From Corallochytrium limacisporum Hawaii (Eukaryota; Protista; Pluriformea), in assembly GCA_002811645.1 (NCBI GenBank), contig PDIP01000073.1:229524-293523 (forward strand): a DNA stretch of 64,000 nucleotides. The letters run 5' to 3'. The notes below the pieces were generated by a model. The model did not search any database. It saw nothing but the letters and a program-made list of their open reading frames with translations, and was not told the origin of the DNA. Both the position numbers and the translations under genes were made by a program. Shown piece after piece: positions 22,236 through 35,400 of the stretch. Within the stretch, counting starts at the first letter, position 1; each line of letters opens with the position of its first letter.

Positions 22236-22983
22236 AAAAAAGGTCCCAAGAGAACATAGAAAATTTTTAGAACAAAATTCAAAATGAACTCCAATTCTAA
22301 ACATGCCCTGTGAAGCTAATAAACCGGACCCGGGTCTGCCGGCTCTCGTTACTCCCACTGTCTCTCCTCTGACGCTGGACAGTGTGGCTGCCGGAGCGAT
22401 TTGCTGCTGACTGCTGACCCGGTACTGGCACTGCGCGAGGCTCCCGAGCAGCGCGAACCTCGAGTGGGAGACTTGCCGGCCCCCCTCCCCCCTTTCCTTA
22501 CTCCTCCCCCCGGCCGGCCTTCCCACCTGCCCACTTTTCTCTCGGCCTCAACCAACACCCACGAGCCCCCCCCCCCTTTCGGGCCCGGGAAGCACCAGGC
22601 GGTGGCCCCAAACCGAGAGCCGGCGGTTTTTGGGCGAGTGCGTGGCGGAGAGTTGGCCACAGCCCCAATGTTTGCCCTTCGGCACACTTGGTCTAAGGGG
22701 GTCGGGGGTTGCTTTGGTTCTTTCGTGGACGAATTTCTGTTTTTAAAACTTTTTTGGTCATACGCGGTACACAGGCAATACACCCACGCACACACGCAGA
22801 CACACACACACACACGCGGAGTCCCCCGCCCTTCGGTCCCACTCTGGCCTGCTTCCTCATTGTTTTTGTATGGGTCCACGTTTGCAGCGTTGTGTTCTTC
22901 TATTTGCGCGGGAAATAAATGGAAGGGGAGGCCGGGGAAAGGGATTCTCCCCTCCCGCTCCGGGGGGGGGTGGGGGAGTGGGG

Positions 22984-23197
22984 NNNNNNNNNNNNNNNNN
23001 NNNNNNNNNNNNNNNNNNNNNNNNNNNNNNNNNNNNNNNNNNNNNNNNNNNNNNNNNNNNNNNNNNNNNNNNNNNNNNNNNNNNNNNNNNNNNNNNNNNN
23101 NNNNNNNNNNNNNNNNNNNNNNNNNNNNNNNNNNNNNNNNNNNNNNNNNNNNNNNNNNNNNNNNNNNNNNNNNNNNNNNNNNNNNNNNNNNNNNNNN
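22984..23197. other. Assembly gap flanked by G-rich runs
   Basis: N run. Confidence 0.99.
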
Positions 23198-23868
23198 GAG
23201 TGGGGGGAGGACGGAATTTGTACTTTTTGTTGGCAGCAGGCCACCGGGCCAGGAGAAACCGGCAAAAGAAAAAGAGAGAGAAATAAAGGGGGTTGGGTAG
23301 AAAACAAGTGTACCAGTACACGGCCTTTCTTTACCCACACGCACACAACACGGAGAGTGTGTGACTCTTGCGTGGTTGGCCGTGTGCGGTGTAGAACCAC
23401 TAACCGCTTCCGCAGGATTGGGCTCCCCCCTTCCCCTCCCTTGCTCCCCAAAAGTAAAACAAAGGAAAGTCCGCAGAATGGAAAAGATTGGAGACGAAAC
23501 AGATCTGTAAACAGGGGACACCTCTCTCCCCCCCCTCCCTCCTTCCCAACGCTCCGGAGGTTTTGAGTTTTGCATATACCCGGTACAAGCCGGACGTGAT
23601 ATATTTAGATATGACGACGGTATGAACAATATAACAGAAATTTCCACCAGTTGGACAGGGGAGTGCTGACATTTGTTGGAAGGGGGGCCCCTCAGTCCAT
23701 TGGGACGAGGCGGGAGGTTTGGGGTCGGGATCGACGGGGAGACGATGATCAAGTGCTCCGCAAAGTCAGGCTCCGAAGAGCAGCAGAAAGGGGGGCGATC
23801 CTACTGTAAAACTTTATTGTACACAACTATCAACAAGTTCTTATCCTGGAAGGATGGCAAAGGCCGCT

Positions 23869-25929
23869 TCATGACACTCGAACTGCGCCTTCCTCATCGT
23901 CGCTAAGCTCGGGCTCAGAATCCCAAATGTTCACACCGAGGCCTTTGAAGAGATCCTTCCCAAAGTTGTGCAGGGAATTCAGCACACTGTAAGCTTCCTG
24001 TTCGGCATCGGAATCAGCGCCAGATGCATCCGTATTGGAATCCTCCAGTTCAGCTCCCAGAATAGCAATCACTTCCTCGGACTTCTTGACCAGGATAGTG
24101 GACTCATTGGAGCGGTACTGTTCGAGCTTATCCTGAAACTCTGCATCCTCTTTGAGGTTGACATGGTATTCCTTCAGTATCTCACACAGAGTTAAGCCGT
24201 TGCAAATGATTTCGGGTGCCAGTAATCCTTGCTTAACTACTTTTACAGCTGCATCACCACCGCCTTCTTGGACGATGCGGCGGCGCAGGTTGACTGGAGG
24301 ATCCTCGCCCTCTCCCGTGCGCTTCTTTCGCGACTTCTTGTAGACACCGATGACAGCAAGACTTGTGAGACCCTCGTTTACCATGACGGCATGTTCGCTA
24401 TTAGTGAGGCGGATCAGGGGCGCAATGGCCTTCAATCCGATCAGTTCAACAGTATCCTTCGTGGCGCCATAGCGAACGATATTGGCAATCAGACGATAGG
24501 CTTCGGCAGCCAGGGACTCAATCTTGACGCCTTCGGCCGCGTCAAAGATTACCTTCATCATGCGTGGGTCCCGAGCAATCTTCTCGCACAGATCGGGGTC
24601 TCCTATTGTCAAGGACCTTAACACACCAAAGGCAGGAAAGAGCAAAGCCGGTTCCTCTGCGTTCTTCAAAGCCACAGTCGAGAGCCGATCCGGCAGCCCC
24701 TTCGCAGTCATCTTCTGCTTGTTGGCCCGAGGCAAAGACAGATTCTTCAGAGAGCTCAGGCTGGCATGGACCACCCGCGGATCCTCTGACTCCAGTAGAT
24801 CCATCAAGTTGTCCACCATTTCGGGGTAGTCGTTGACAATCTTCGAGCAATTCTTGTCCGACCGGGCCATGTTGCCTGTCGCAATGCAAGACCAGATGGC
24901 CACATCAGGGACCGATGTCTTCATCAAAGTCAACAGTCCGTCCATGCAGATCTTGCCCCGACTATCCATGAGAGCCTGCATTAGCAAGTCATTCATCAAT
25001 GACAAGCACAGCAGCCGTAGGGAGAGGACAGATGACTCAGAGTGACCTGAAGCAATACGTGACTGGGCGAAGCTCAGGAACCGCACTGCAGTATCCAAAC
25101 CCTCCTCACGAGGCTCCAGGTTCACTTCCTCAACACAGTCCACCAGCATCTCGAATGCAATGACAATATCCGTCTCATCGTTTGCCTTCATTGCCCAGGT
25201 AATGAGGGCATGTAAATGACGGTCCTCACGGATGTACTTCTCGACCGTCTCGTTCACACTCAGCGCATTCAACGCACGCATGCATATTCTCTGAACCTCC
25301 ACATCCCCTGCTGTCATGCATGTCTTGAACAAGGTTTCGTGCACTGCCATTTTCGCATACTTCTCCGCGTTGGCATCATGGTTGGCACTAGTGTTGAGGA
25401 TGGCACCGGCGAGCACCCACATCAGGTCATCGTGAGGCTTGCTGTTGAACTTTTGCCCGAGCAATTCAATGGCTCCTATTTTCAGTAGCTGGTCGCGCAC
25501 TTTCTCCTCATCGAAGGCACAGTTGCCAATAGCTCTGATAAATTGGTAGGTGGTCTCAACAGAGTGACTTTCGTCACTCTGCATTGCCGCTAAGATGTTC
25601 TCCGGGATCCCAGAGTCGGCAATCGTCTGTCGCATCCTCTGATCGCGTGCAAGCAGTGCGACACATTCTGCAGCCAGTCCGTGGCCCTTATCCTCGTCGC
25701 GTTGTTTGAGTAACCACACCACCATGTCCCAGAAGCATGCTTCATCTACTTTCTCATAGACTGCAGGGTCAAACTCATAAAGGTGTTTGCGTATCTCTTC
25801 GAGGACGCGCACACGTTCTTTTACTGTGTCCGCATCGTCGAGTTTGAAGATGAGGCGTCCAACACGGTCTCTACGTTGCTCTACTGACAGGACGTCTGGT
25901 GTGGAATCTAAGCTCTGAAGTGACTGCAT
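23869..25929 (-). CDS. RAP1GDS1: SmgGDS / Rap1 GTPase-GDP dissociation stimulator (ARM repeats)
   Basis: RAIGNC, ATGNMARSDKNC, HASLSSLKNLSLPRANK, SEHAVMVNEGL match SmgGDS ARM motifs. ATG at 25929. Confidence 0.87.
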   Translation of the reverse strand: MQSLQSLDSTPDVLSVEQRRDRVGRLIFKLDDADTVKERVRVLEEIRKHLYEFDPAVYEKVDEACFWDMVVWLLKQRDEDKGHGLAAECVALLARDQRMRQTIADSGIPENILAAMQSDESHSVETTYQFIRAIGNCAFDEEKVRDQLLKIGAIELLGQKFNSKPHDDLMWVLAGAILNTSANHDANAEKYAKMAVHETLFKTCMTAGDVEVQRICMRALNALSVNETVEKYIREDRHLHALITWAMKANDETDIVIAFEMLVDCVEEVNLEPREEGLDTAVRFLSFAQSRIASGHSESSVLSLRLLCLSLMNDLLMQALMDSRGKICMDGLLTLMKTSVPDVAIWSCIATGNMARSDKNCSKIVNDYPEMVDNLMDLLESEDPRVVHASLSSLKNLSLPRANKQKMTAKGLPDRLSTVALKNAEEPALLFPAFGVLRSLTIGDPDLCEKIARDPRMMKVIFDAAEGVKIESLAAEAYRLIANIVRYGATKDTVELIGLKAIAPLIRLTNSEHAVMVNEGLTSLAVIGVYKKSRKKRTGEGEDPPVNLRRRIVQEGGGDAAVKVVKQGLLAPEIICNGLTLCEILKEYHVNLKEDAEFQDKLEQYRSNESTILVKKSEEVIAILGAELEDSNTDASGADSDAEQEAYSVLNSLHNFGKDLFKGLGVNIWDSEPELSDDEEGAVRVS

Positions 25930-26858
25930 GGTCACTGTACAATTGACTCTATACGTTTCGGGCTAAGCTCTCCATTGCACCACTCCCATGCTACACGTTT
26001 CTTGTGGATTGGTAGTGATGGACGACACAGACCCGTGGGCATGTATACGCGACTGGCTGGCTTCACATAGCACAATGTGAGGCTGCCTGATCGGCGTCCC
26101 CATCATAGGTTGCCAAAAGACCACGGTGCCATGGGCGCACAAGAGCACACAAACGCACACATACAAGGATAACAGTCTGGAATCGCTCCGGCGCTCTCCC
26201 AGCGCCACGCATCGAACGAAGAGGTCCTCACACTGTACCGGGGGGTTCTCCAGCAACGCCAGCCGAATGGCGCGCAACAGGACCCTTCCCTCAGCTTGTT
26301 CTTGCCTTCGGGTCAGACAGCGTCCGCACACGATAATTTTATACAAGTCCACATAAAAGAAACAAATTACCATATATTTACAATCATATTTTTATTTGTT
26401 ATACCCGGAAAGACGTCGCCCCTTCACACAGAGATGGCGTCGAAGGTGTGGACGCTCAGTAACGAAAAAGTGGCCGACGCTGCGCTGTGCCTTGGGGAAC
26501 AGGACATTTTTATATACGGATAGTTGTTAAAATATCCGTGGCGGCTTGGCCGAGGGTCTCATGGGTCCCAAGTATGCGCAGCAACCCGTGACTGACAAGG
26601 ACCAGAATGGTAGACCAGCCAACTGTGCCTTTTCCTTTGTGGTCGTGGCTTCCTGTGATGATCTGGATTGGATTCGTTTTTGGTCCTGAACTGTTGATTA
26701 TGCAGGTATTCGTATGGTAAGAAAAAACCACTTTCTTTGTGATCCTCTGGCAGTGAATGAGGACAGAACATTAACAGTCCACGAGGGGCTGAATGTATAG
26801 AGGACGACCCGTAATGTCGAAGTAGATTTATGATCACAAGGGTAACTTTGAAAAAACG

Positions 26859-27527
26859 ATGTCGTGGACTAGTAGAATAGTGTGCTCGTCTTTGGTCCGT
26901 GGCGCAGGACTGCGGACATTCTCTACCACAGCGAGTGTTCGCGCGTCCGCTCAGGCACCAGAACGTCTAGTGTCGTTCCCGATATTCACTCGGAAGGGCA
27001 AGAAGTTTACACAGCATAACCGGGCGACGCCCGTGAATCCAACAGTTCTATACGAGTCAGAAGGAACTCCCATTTTTATGTTTGGCCTCATTGCCTTTGC
27101 ATTTGCTGGCTATGCGTGCTTCGGGCTGTTTGAACTTCTGAAACCTCCGTCATGGAAGAACAAGTACCGCGACCGGAATCTCGCCAAGGAAGGTTCATGG
27201 GCCGTGGCTGGTCTGTCTGCTGCATGCACGGCAACAGGGTTTTTGGGTTTGACCATGCTATACTTTAGTGGGTTTCGCATGGTGCGTAGACTGGAACTGA
27301 TTCCCAAGGAGAATCTCTATCGGCTCGACGTCAGCAACTTTTGGTTGGGCACCCGTCGGGTGGACCTGCAGGCCAAGAAGAGTGCTTTCTGGGCCCCTTC
27401 GTACGTCATAACCGTCGCAGAGATGAATGTGCAAAAGATCGAGGCCAAGGCACACTATGTCATGTTTCCGGTAGCCAACTGGAAACGCCCCGATGTGCTG
27501 GGCCCCGCTTTGGTTCAGAGCAAGTAG
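26859..27527 (+). CDS. Mitochondrial inner-membrane protein, TMEM223/TMEM70/TMEM186-like
   Basis: Presequence, VLYE, two TM helices, then RMVRRLEL beta-rich C-terminus. Confidence 0.55.
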   Translation: MSWTSRIVCSSLVRGAGLRTFSTTASVRASAQAPERLVSFPIFTRKGKKFTQHNRATPVNPTVLYESEGTPIFMFGLIAFAFAGYACFGLFELLKPPSWKNKYRDRNLAKEGSWAVAGLSAACTATGFLGLTMLYFSGFRMVRRLELIPKENLYRLDVSNFWLGTRRVDLQAKKSAFWAPSYVITVAEMNVQKIEAKAHYVMFPVANWKRPDVLGPALVQSK

Positions 27528-28155
27528 ATCTTCGACTTATCGACGGTGTCACTTAAAGAAAACGTAAGCCCTGGCTTTAGTAAATATCCCGGTTTTGGTC
27601 CTTTGGGAGCCGATTTCTCAGCATTCTTCATAATAGATCACACATGTACCATGCTTGAACCCCTGATGTTCTAATGTTGTTTGATTGTTGATTTCGGATA
27701 TCTAAATCTTATACTCTTTTGGACTTATTTGATGGAAACTTTAGTTTGGAGAAGTGGGCTCTTCGTCCGGGCATGAAGCATTGACAGGCCGGGAATGAAT
27801 ATCACACAAGGTTGCCGGCCAAAAGCATGTCTCTTATGCCAGCGGGAAAATGCACACCACGCGCGTGGCAGCGAAGTCCGGATCAGTCACTGCTGACTTT
27901 CACGTTTTTCTTTTGTCTCCCTACGAAAATCAAAACGGCCCACAGCAGCGAATGATCGAACCCAGACTGCGGCATGGGACCTCGGTTGTGCTCTCTCTCT
28001 CTTCGATCCCTTGTTCCGTCCTCAAAACAGAGCAAGTAGTGGATCCCCAGTGGATTTCAATCCCAACCAATCTCAACGATGCAACCGCCCTTTGAAACAA
28101 ACCCATTGTCTCGAAGCACATAGAAAAATCTGGTAGAGAATTTTAGCTATGTCAT

Positions 28156-29832
28156 TTAGATCTTGGGACCGGCAGCCTGGACTTCAGCGCTGGCCTTGTC
28201 AGCGTAGTTCTTGAAGTTCTCGTTGAACATGTTGGCCAGCTTTCTGATGGTGGCACCGTACTGAGCCTTGTCAGCCCAGGCAAGCTCGGGGTTCAGCATT
28301 TCCTTGGCGACGTTGGGCATTTCCTTGGGGATCTGCAGGTTGAACACGGGGAAGGTCTCGTACTCTGTCTTGGCCAGAGAACCGTCGTGGATACCATCAA
28401 TAACGGCACGGCTAACCTTGATGGGCATGCGCTTGCCGACACCGAAGGCACCACCGGACCATCCGGTATTTACGAGCCAGGCATGGACCTCGTGCTCGCG
28501 CATCTTCTGGGCCAACATCTCTGCGTACTTGGTAGGATGCCAGACCAGGAAAGGCTGGCCGAAGCAGGCGCTGAAGGTGGCAGTGGGCTCCACAATGCCC
28601 ATCTCGGTACCCGGGGTCTTGGAAGTGTAACCAGAGATGAAGTGATACATGGCCTGTTCAGGCGTCAGCTTAGCGACCGGAGGGAGGACTCCGAAAGCAT
28701 CACAGGTCAGCAGAATGATGTTCTGGGGATGGCCACCCACGCAAGGAAGCTTGGCATTGGGGATGTACTCGATGGGATAGGAAGCCCGGGTGTTCTCGGT
28801 GAAAGTGGTGTCGTGGTAGTCGACCTCGCGGCTGATGTCGTCCATGACAACGTTCTCGAGGATGGTTCCGTACTTGATAGCATTGAAGATCTCGGGCTCC
28901 TTCTCGGCGGAGAGATCGATGGCCTTGGCGTAGCAGCCACCCTCAATGTTGAAGACACCGTCTGCAGACCAGCAGTGCTCGTCGTCACCGATCAGGGCAC
29001 GCTTGGGGTCAGCGGACAGGGTGGTCTTGCCGGTACCGGACAGACCGAAGAACAAGGAGACATCGCCATCGGGACCCTCGTTGGCGGAAGAGTGCAGGGA
29101 CAGCACACCCTGCTTGGGCATGAGGTAGTGCATGATGGTGAAGACACCCTTCTTCATCTCACCGGCATACTGGGTACCAAGGATAACAAACTCCTTGCGC
29201 TTAAAGTTGAGGGAGACGCTGGTGGCGGAGGTCATACCGCGAGTGTACTGGTTGGCAGGGAAGGCACCAGCGTTAAAGATAGTGTAGTCGGGCTCACCGA
29301 AGTTGGCCAGCTCCTCCTGGGTGGGGCGGATCAACATGTTGTGCATGAAAAGGGCGTGGTAAGGGCGAGCGCAGATGACGCGAATCTTCATGCGGTACTT
29401 GGGGTCGTGGCCAGCGAAACCGTCAAAGACGTAGAGACGTTCCCGGGTGTTCAGGTAGTCCACAGCACGCTCACGGTTGATCATGAAACTGGACTCCTCG
29501 AGCTTCATGTTGACTGGTCCCCACCAGACATCGTCCTTGCAGGTCTCTTCCTCGACAATACGCTTGTCCAGGGGAGAGCGACCAGTCTTGGCACCAGAGC
29601 GGGCGCAGAGAGCACCGCTACTAGAGATGACGGTTTCCGGCTCGTACTTCAAAGCCTCCTCGTACAGAACGGCGGGAGAACCGTTGCGGATGATGACGTG
29701 AGACTTCAGACCGGATTCCTCCAGAGTACGGCAGACATCGTCCTCAAAGTCAACTGCGTCAGCGACCTTTTCGGTCGTCTGGTGAGCTCTGAGGGAGGTC
29801 TTAATGGAGTTGTAAATCTGGTTGGAAGACAT
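28156..29832 (-). CDS. PCK1: Phosphoenolpyruvate carboxykinase (ATP)
   Basis: [23 protein letters not shown]-loop, [22 protein letters not shown]. Symbol follows fungal nomenclature. Confidence 0.98.
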   Translation of the reverse strand: MSSNQIYNSIKTSLRAHQTTEKVADAVDFEDDVCRTLEESGLKSHVIIRNGSPAVLYEEALKYEPETVISSSGALCARSGAKTGRSPLDKRIVEEETCKDDVWWGPVNMKLEESSFMINRERAVDYLNTRERLYVFDGFAGHDPKYRMKIRVICARPYHALFMHNMLIRPTQEELANFGEPDYTIFNAGAFPANQYTRGMTSATSVSLNFKRKEFVILGTQYAGEMKKGVFTIMHYLMPKQGVLSLHSSANEGPDGDVSLFFGLSGTGKTTLSADPKRALIGDDEHCWSADGVFNIEGGCYAKAIDLSAEKEPEIFNAIKYGTILENVVMDDISREVDYHDTTFTENTRASYPIEYIPNAKLPCVGGHPQNIILLTCDAFGVLPPVAKLTPEQAMYHFISGYTSKTPGTEMGIVEPTATFSACFGQPFLVWHPTKYAEMLAQKMREHEVHAWLVNTGWSGGAFGVGKRMPIKVSRAVIDGIHDGSLAKTEYETFPVFNLQIPKEMPNVAKEMLNPELAWADKAQYGATIRKLANMFNENFKNYADKASAEVQAAGPKI

Positions 29833-30385
29833 GTTTGGTTTGTGCTGTTATGTGATTAAGGCTGGGAAAGGTATTGTCAAACCTAATCCACAGGCTAACC
29901 TATGAGTATGCTTTGCGGCTCTGGTGGCTGTGGGTATCAACTGAGCCGGTGTCCTTCATGTAGCTTGTGTTGATCACATGTTCCTGCTATCTCCAGCGAC
30001 ACTCTGTGCTTGGCACAAGTGACTTCAGCAGTGCACCCCAAACCGCGAGAACATGACCACACGCACACAGGCACCCAGACAAAGGTTCTCTGAAGAAAAC
30101 AGCCAAATTTTTTGCTCCTTTGACATCCCTTAATCGGTAAACACGCTTCCTTCCTTCTGCCTGTTCTTTCCTCACAACACACACACACGCACGATCACTC
30201 ACTCGCTCCCTATTCACACACGCACCACACCACCCAACAAAATCCTCCACCGCCAGCAAAAGCTGTAAAGTGCTAACAAACCACACCCCGACTCCGAAGG
30301 AGGGTTGAGAAGCAAAAACATCGTGGTCGAGTGAAACAAGGAACGATCCAACAACGGGATGGAATCAGGAGCGGTGAGAGGGGAG

Positions 30386-30427
30386 ACACACACACACACA
30401 CACTCTCTCTCTCTCTCTCTCTCTCTC
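30386..30427. repeat. Compound (AC)n(TC)n microsatellite
   Basis: Direct read. Confidence 0.9.
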
Positions 30428-31641
30428 CCAGGTTGGCCAGCGACAGTCCAAGCACCCTAGCAAATAAGTCAGCCAGCGCAGGCTCTGCGTGGTGGTCTGC
30501 CTTGTCGTAAGGCACCGCCGCCCCCCCCCTTCTCCACCCCCGCGGCCGTGCGTGCAAGGGGCACTTTTGCCCGTCCACCACGCTCGCTTCCCTCTTTTTT
30601 TTTGGCTTTGATTTCTTTTCTCTGTCTTTTTTAAAGGCAGTCAAAATTAAAAGAAAACGCCCAGATAAGACATCGTTCGAGGGACCGTGGCAAGTATGTG
30701 ACCGAGGGGCGGTGGGAGACAAAAGTAGCCAGGTCAGGTTTTTCCTTTTGTTTTTTTATAAGTCTTTCTCTTTTCCATTTTTCCTTGGCTCTATAAACTT
30801 CTCTTCCGTTTGTCGCCTTCAACTCTTTCTTTCGTCTCCTTCTTTCGCTCGCCGCAACAACGGCAGAAGGCAAGTTTAGACATTTTCCAAAAAAAACTTG
30901 CGCATTGCTGCCCGCAAGTGGACAGTTTAGGATCCTTTCCTTCCTATTTCTGCGTATCTTTGACGCCGATTCTGTGTTTGTCCAAGGTCGCGCGCGATGG
31001 AGCCCAAAAAAAAAAAGAAGACAGAGCAAAAGCACCAAACAGCCAGCCAGCCAGGCAGCCAGCCAGCAGCAGCAGCAGTGAATTCATACAAATTCCGTCT
31101 TAAAAGGTGGCCATCTCATCCCTCTCTCTCTCACTCACACACACTCTCTCGCTCACCCAAAAATTTTATCGTTTGCACCACGCGTGCCGTGTGGATCGAG
31201 CAACGGGCGATGATTTGAATGCGAGAGACTTTTTCTCAGTGTGCCCTGAACAACACACCCCCGGCGCCGCCCCCCCCCACCCCCCCCGGCGGGGGCTGGG
31301 GAGGGAGCGAGAGAGAGAGAGAGCCACACACACAGGCCCCGAGCTTTGGATCGTTGCGAACGCCGCCTCGGAGGGAATAAAAAATCTGCCCTGTGTGGGC
31401 ACGCTCGCTGGTGCCGTACTCACTCAGTGATAGTTGCGCTCTGTGTTCTATCTCTCTCTCTCTCACCGCGTGTGTTCGAGAAGCAAAAGCAGGACCGATG
31501 AAAAGGACACCATTCAATGCAAAAGAATGAAAAAATACACACACAAACACAACACACGCGGCACCCTGGCAATTTTTTCCACAAGAATTTATTTATCATT
31601 CGTCCGCATCTCGGGAGCATGAGAGAGAGAGAGAACTCAAA

Positions 31642-31681
31642 AGAGAGAGAGAGAGAGAGAGAGAGTGTGTGTGTGTGTGTG
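31642..31681. repeat. Compound (AG)n(TG)n microsatellite
   Basis: Direct read; reverse complement of the 30386-30427 repeat type. Confidence 0.9.
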
Positions 31682-32259
31682 GGAGGGTAGCAGACTACCG
31701 GCAAATTCATTCCTGTCTTTCTATTTTCTTGCTTCGGTTCTTCCCTTATCCCCCTACTCCGTGCACTGCCACGAAGAAGACATAAAAGACACAAAGAAAA
31801 AACAAAATTTTGACAGAACGTTTGGAATTTCACCGGAGATTAAGGCCTAGTGGCCCCAAGAAAACCAATGAGTCACAATATTTTACCGCGGCACATTTGC
31901 CTGGGCAGTTGGCATGGGATAGTGTTTGTTTACACGCATACGTTATGTATAGAGAATCCCGTTGGGCCGTTCAGGAGACCTACGCATGGACCGTCCAATG
32001 TTACCGAGGACGGCGGACCTTTTCGGTGCGGGGCAGGGAGCGGGGGAGGGCGAGCGGCCGGCGGGGGAGAAAGGGGAGCCAGGGCAGTGAGCACACCGCC
32101 CGAGTCACTATAGCTACCCAGACTCGCGCGCTCCATAGATTTGCTAATTCCCAATACTAAATATATTGCATAAAACAGCAACCAGTGGTCGGTGGGGAGT
32201 GAGAGATTAAAACAAGAAAAAAACTAGACTTCTTGCAAAGCGCACTGGCCCCCCCCCCC

Positions 32260-32405
32260 NNNNNNNNNNNNNNNNNNNNNNNNNNNNNNNNNNNNNNNNN
32301 NNNNNNNNNNNNNNNNNNNNNNNNNNNNNNNNNNNNNNNNNNNNNNNNNNNNNNNNNNNNNNNNNNNNNNNNNNNNNNNNNNNNNNNNNNNNNNNNNNNN
32401 NNNNN
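32260..32405. other. Assembly gap flanked by C runs
   Basis: N run. Confidence 0.99.
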
Positions 32406-35400
32406 CCCCCTCCCTGCCACACACACACACGCACTCTCTCTCTCTCCCCTTTCCCCGGGGAAGGAGGGTGATCGCGGGAGGCCGCACCACCACCCCTGTT
32501 CTCTCTCCCAAAAGTAGTACATAAACTATGGACTACCCGAAGTGCGAGAGGCAGATGAGAGAGAACGAGCGAGACATGACACACACAGAGGAGAGAGAGA
32601 AAAGCCAATGCTGAAATACACAAAAACACACGAAGAAAAGTTTTTCCTCAATCAGCCCAATTGAGCTATACGTCCTGGAGATAAAAAAAAGTTGGTCGCG
32701 TTCTCATGCAGCCTGCACACCGCCCCGTCCTTCTTGCCTTCCCCGCTGCGACGGGAAGAAGGGGAGGGGGAGGGGGCCGGTCGTCAGCTGGTGGCAACCG
32801 GTACTGAGAATATGGAAAATCAGTGGGGGCCGATGAAACCAAAGAAAGTAATAGACGGGAAGGGAAGGGGGGGGGGAGGGGAGAAGTACAAACATAGCGA
32901 CTGAGAGTTCCGAAAATGGCAACGAAGGAATACACACTGTGAAAGATAATGCAAAAAAAAATACCAGAGACTCGATTCATATTAAGCACAGCCAGTCACC
33001 GTGTGACCGGTTCTATGATGAATGTACGGCACATTGAAGGCGTTAGGACGGGGCAAACTCGCGGATGAAAAGGAAGAAGAAGGGTGTGCGTTGATGATAT
33101 TCATTTTCGACACATGCGCGCAAATACCACACACCGCAGGCAAAAAAAAAGGGTATAAAAAAGAAGAGGCTCACAATGAACGATTGCTCAACCAGCAAAA
33201 TAAAACCCACCGTTTCAGGCACACGGGGCTTAGGTGCGCGCGCGCACCAAAACACCCCTCTTCCCCTCCCCCCTCCCCCGGCGGGGGGGGGCGAGCGTTT
33301 GTCTTCTGCCTCCTTGGCTCTGTCTGTACTCGCCACCAATACCAAGCAAACACCGAGGAAGCGCGAGAGATACACACCTTTGCATAGATTTGCAAGTACG
33401 AGTGTTGTCTGATACGTCTCAATATACCCCACCACCGTTTCATCAAGCACGCCACACACACACACACAAAGACATCCCAAGACAGGAATTTGTGATTTTG
33501 TTTTTTTTGTTATTTTACTTTTTGTGTGTATTGTCCGAATGGCTTAGGTTGGGATCGCGAGCACACGGGGTATAGGACACACTCCTCCAACTCGTTCTCC
33601 CGAGGCCCTCTTTTGTGTGTGTGTGTGTGTTCTCTCTCTTTGGGTGTTTTTTTTCTTTACTTTTCTTGTTTAGTTGTGATGTCACCTGAACCACCAAACA
33701 CGCCTAGGAGCAAAACGTCGCTTCCCCCCTCCCCACCTGGGGAAGGGGGAGTGGGCGGTTGGGCCTCTCCGCTGTGTTTTCTTTTTTTTTGTTTTACCAA
33801 AAGTCTCTCATAGTTTAAATCTTCTTCGGTGTGTGTCTATAGAGAAAGAGAGGCGGGAGGGAGGGCGTTGAAGACCGTATCCAAAAAAGAAAGAGAAAAT
33901 CGGAAATCGCGACAAAAGGGCCGCCAAAGGGAGCGGCTTTTTTGTTTAATCGTCCCCTGCCAAGGTGCCAAATGGGCGACAAAGCGGAGAATTTATTGAC
34001 GGGCGGCGGGCCATTTTGTATGCACTAGCACGAACTCTAGTACGAGACATGTGAACTGATTTCGAATGTGTCTGTGCACCAAAACGCAAAATCGGAAGCA
34101 AAAGGAACGAAAAAAGTTTCATGTCGGAATCAACCCCCGCAGAACGCCAGTGCCAAAAATGAACAATGAAAAATACCAACACCCGCCCCCCCCAACCCCC
34201 CCATCGCCCACCAAGGAGAAAAAAAACCACCCAAAGGGAGAGATAGAGAGATACCAAACCACCAATCCAAGGAAAAATCTTTTTCAAAAATTTAACCGGT
34301 GTGACAGAGAAGTGACCAAGAAAGGAATCCAACAAAACTCACTCTCAGCCACGACAGAGCTTCTATTTTGCTGTTGGTTGTTTTCTTTTTTAATTGTGTT
34401 ATATTCCTGCCCCTTCTTTTGGCCCGATACCGCGCGTACATTCGTCAGGGATCGCTCAGCTATTTATAGAATGCTATGCCCCGAACCGCAGTTAAAAGAA
34501 ATGGAATTAAGAGAATATTTTTGTTTTTCTTTTTGGGACATAGCTCCGCCAGGCTGTGCTTGTGAGGAAGTGTGCCAATATCCTGCCCAGGATTGGGGTT
34601 CGGTGGGTACTGGGTCCGGTTGATTAGAGATAAAAGGGAGAGGTGGTGGTGGGGTTCGACCTACCCTCCCGCAGAGGGGCCTGTCTTGGGCACGGGCCCT
34701 TTGGGATATTTTAGCTTGGCGAAATAGAGGCCAGTCACCCCGTTTCCCATACAATTTCTTCATACGTTCTCTATAAGGCTTTTCACGTGTCTTGTGACGG
34801 GGGCCTCCTCGGGGCTCCGGAGAGGCGGGTTGGGATTCTTTCCGGGCCAACACTCCTCCGTTCTCTCTGTCTCTCTCACACACACTCTCTCTGCCTCTCT
34901 CACTCTCTCTCTCTGGGTGCGACCGGAGCTCTCGTGCTTTTATTTCTGCCAGATTAAAGTTCTACTGTGACTGTGGGTGTATTTTTTTCATATTTTCTCG
35001 TCACGCTTTTGGGGCCTCCCCTTCTGTTTTTCCGTCATTTTCCCACAGACGCAGCACCGTTCTTGCTTGCACCTCTTCCTCTTTCTTTCTACTGCCCTGG
35101 CAAAATTTCCCCGGATTGCTGACAGGAGTGACAAGGCAGGACGGTAGTGCAGCAACACACCGGTAAAAAAATATAGCTACTAACTACCTTTAGCGCTGCT
35201 GCTGTCGCTTGCTGGTCTTGTTGTAAATTCAGGGGCTGAAAGAGTCCGGAACCAAAAAAAAACATTAAAACTTTAAAAGAAAAAAAACACTAAATCAAAA
35301 AGGGAGGGGAGAGGAGGAGAGCACGCCTGGCTGCTGTGCTTGCTGAGCTCAGAGGGAATTGACGTGCGCCGCACAGGGGAGGCGGCCGAAACACGCGGGG

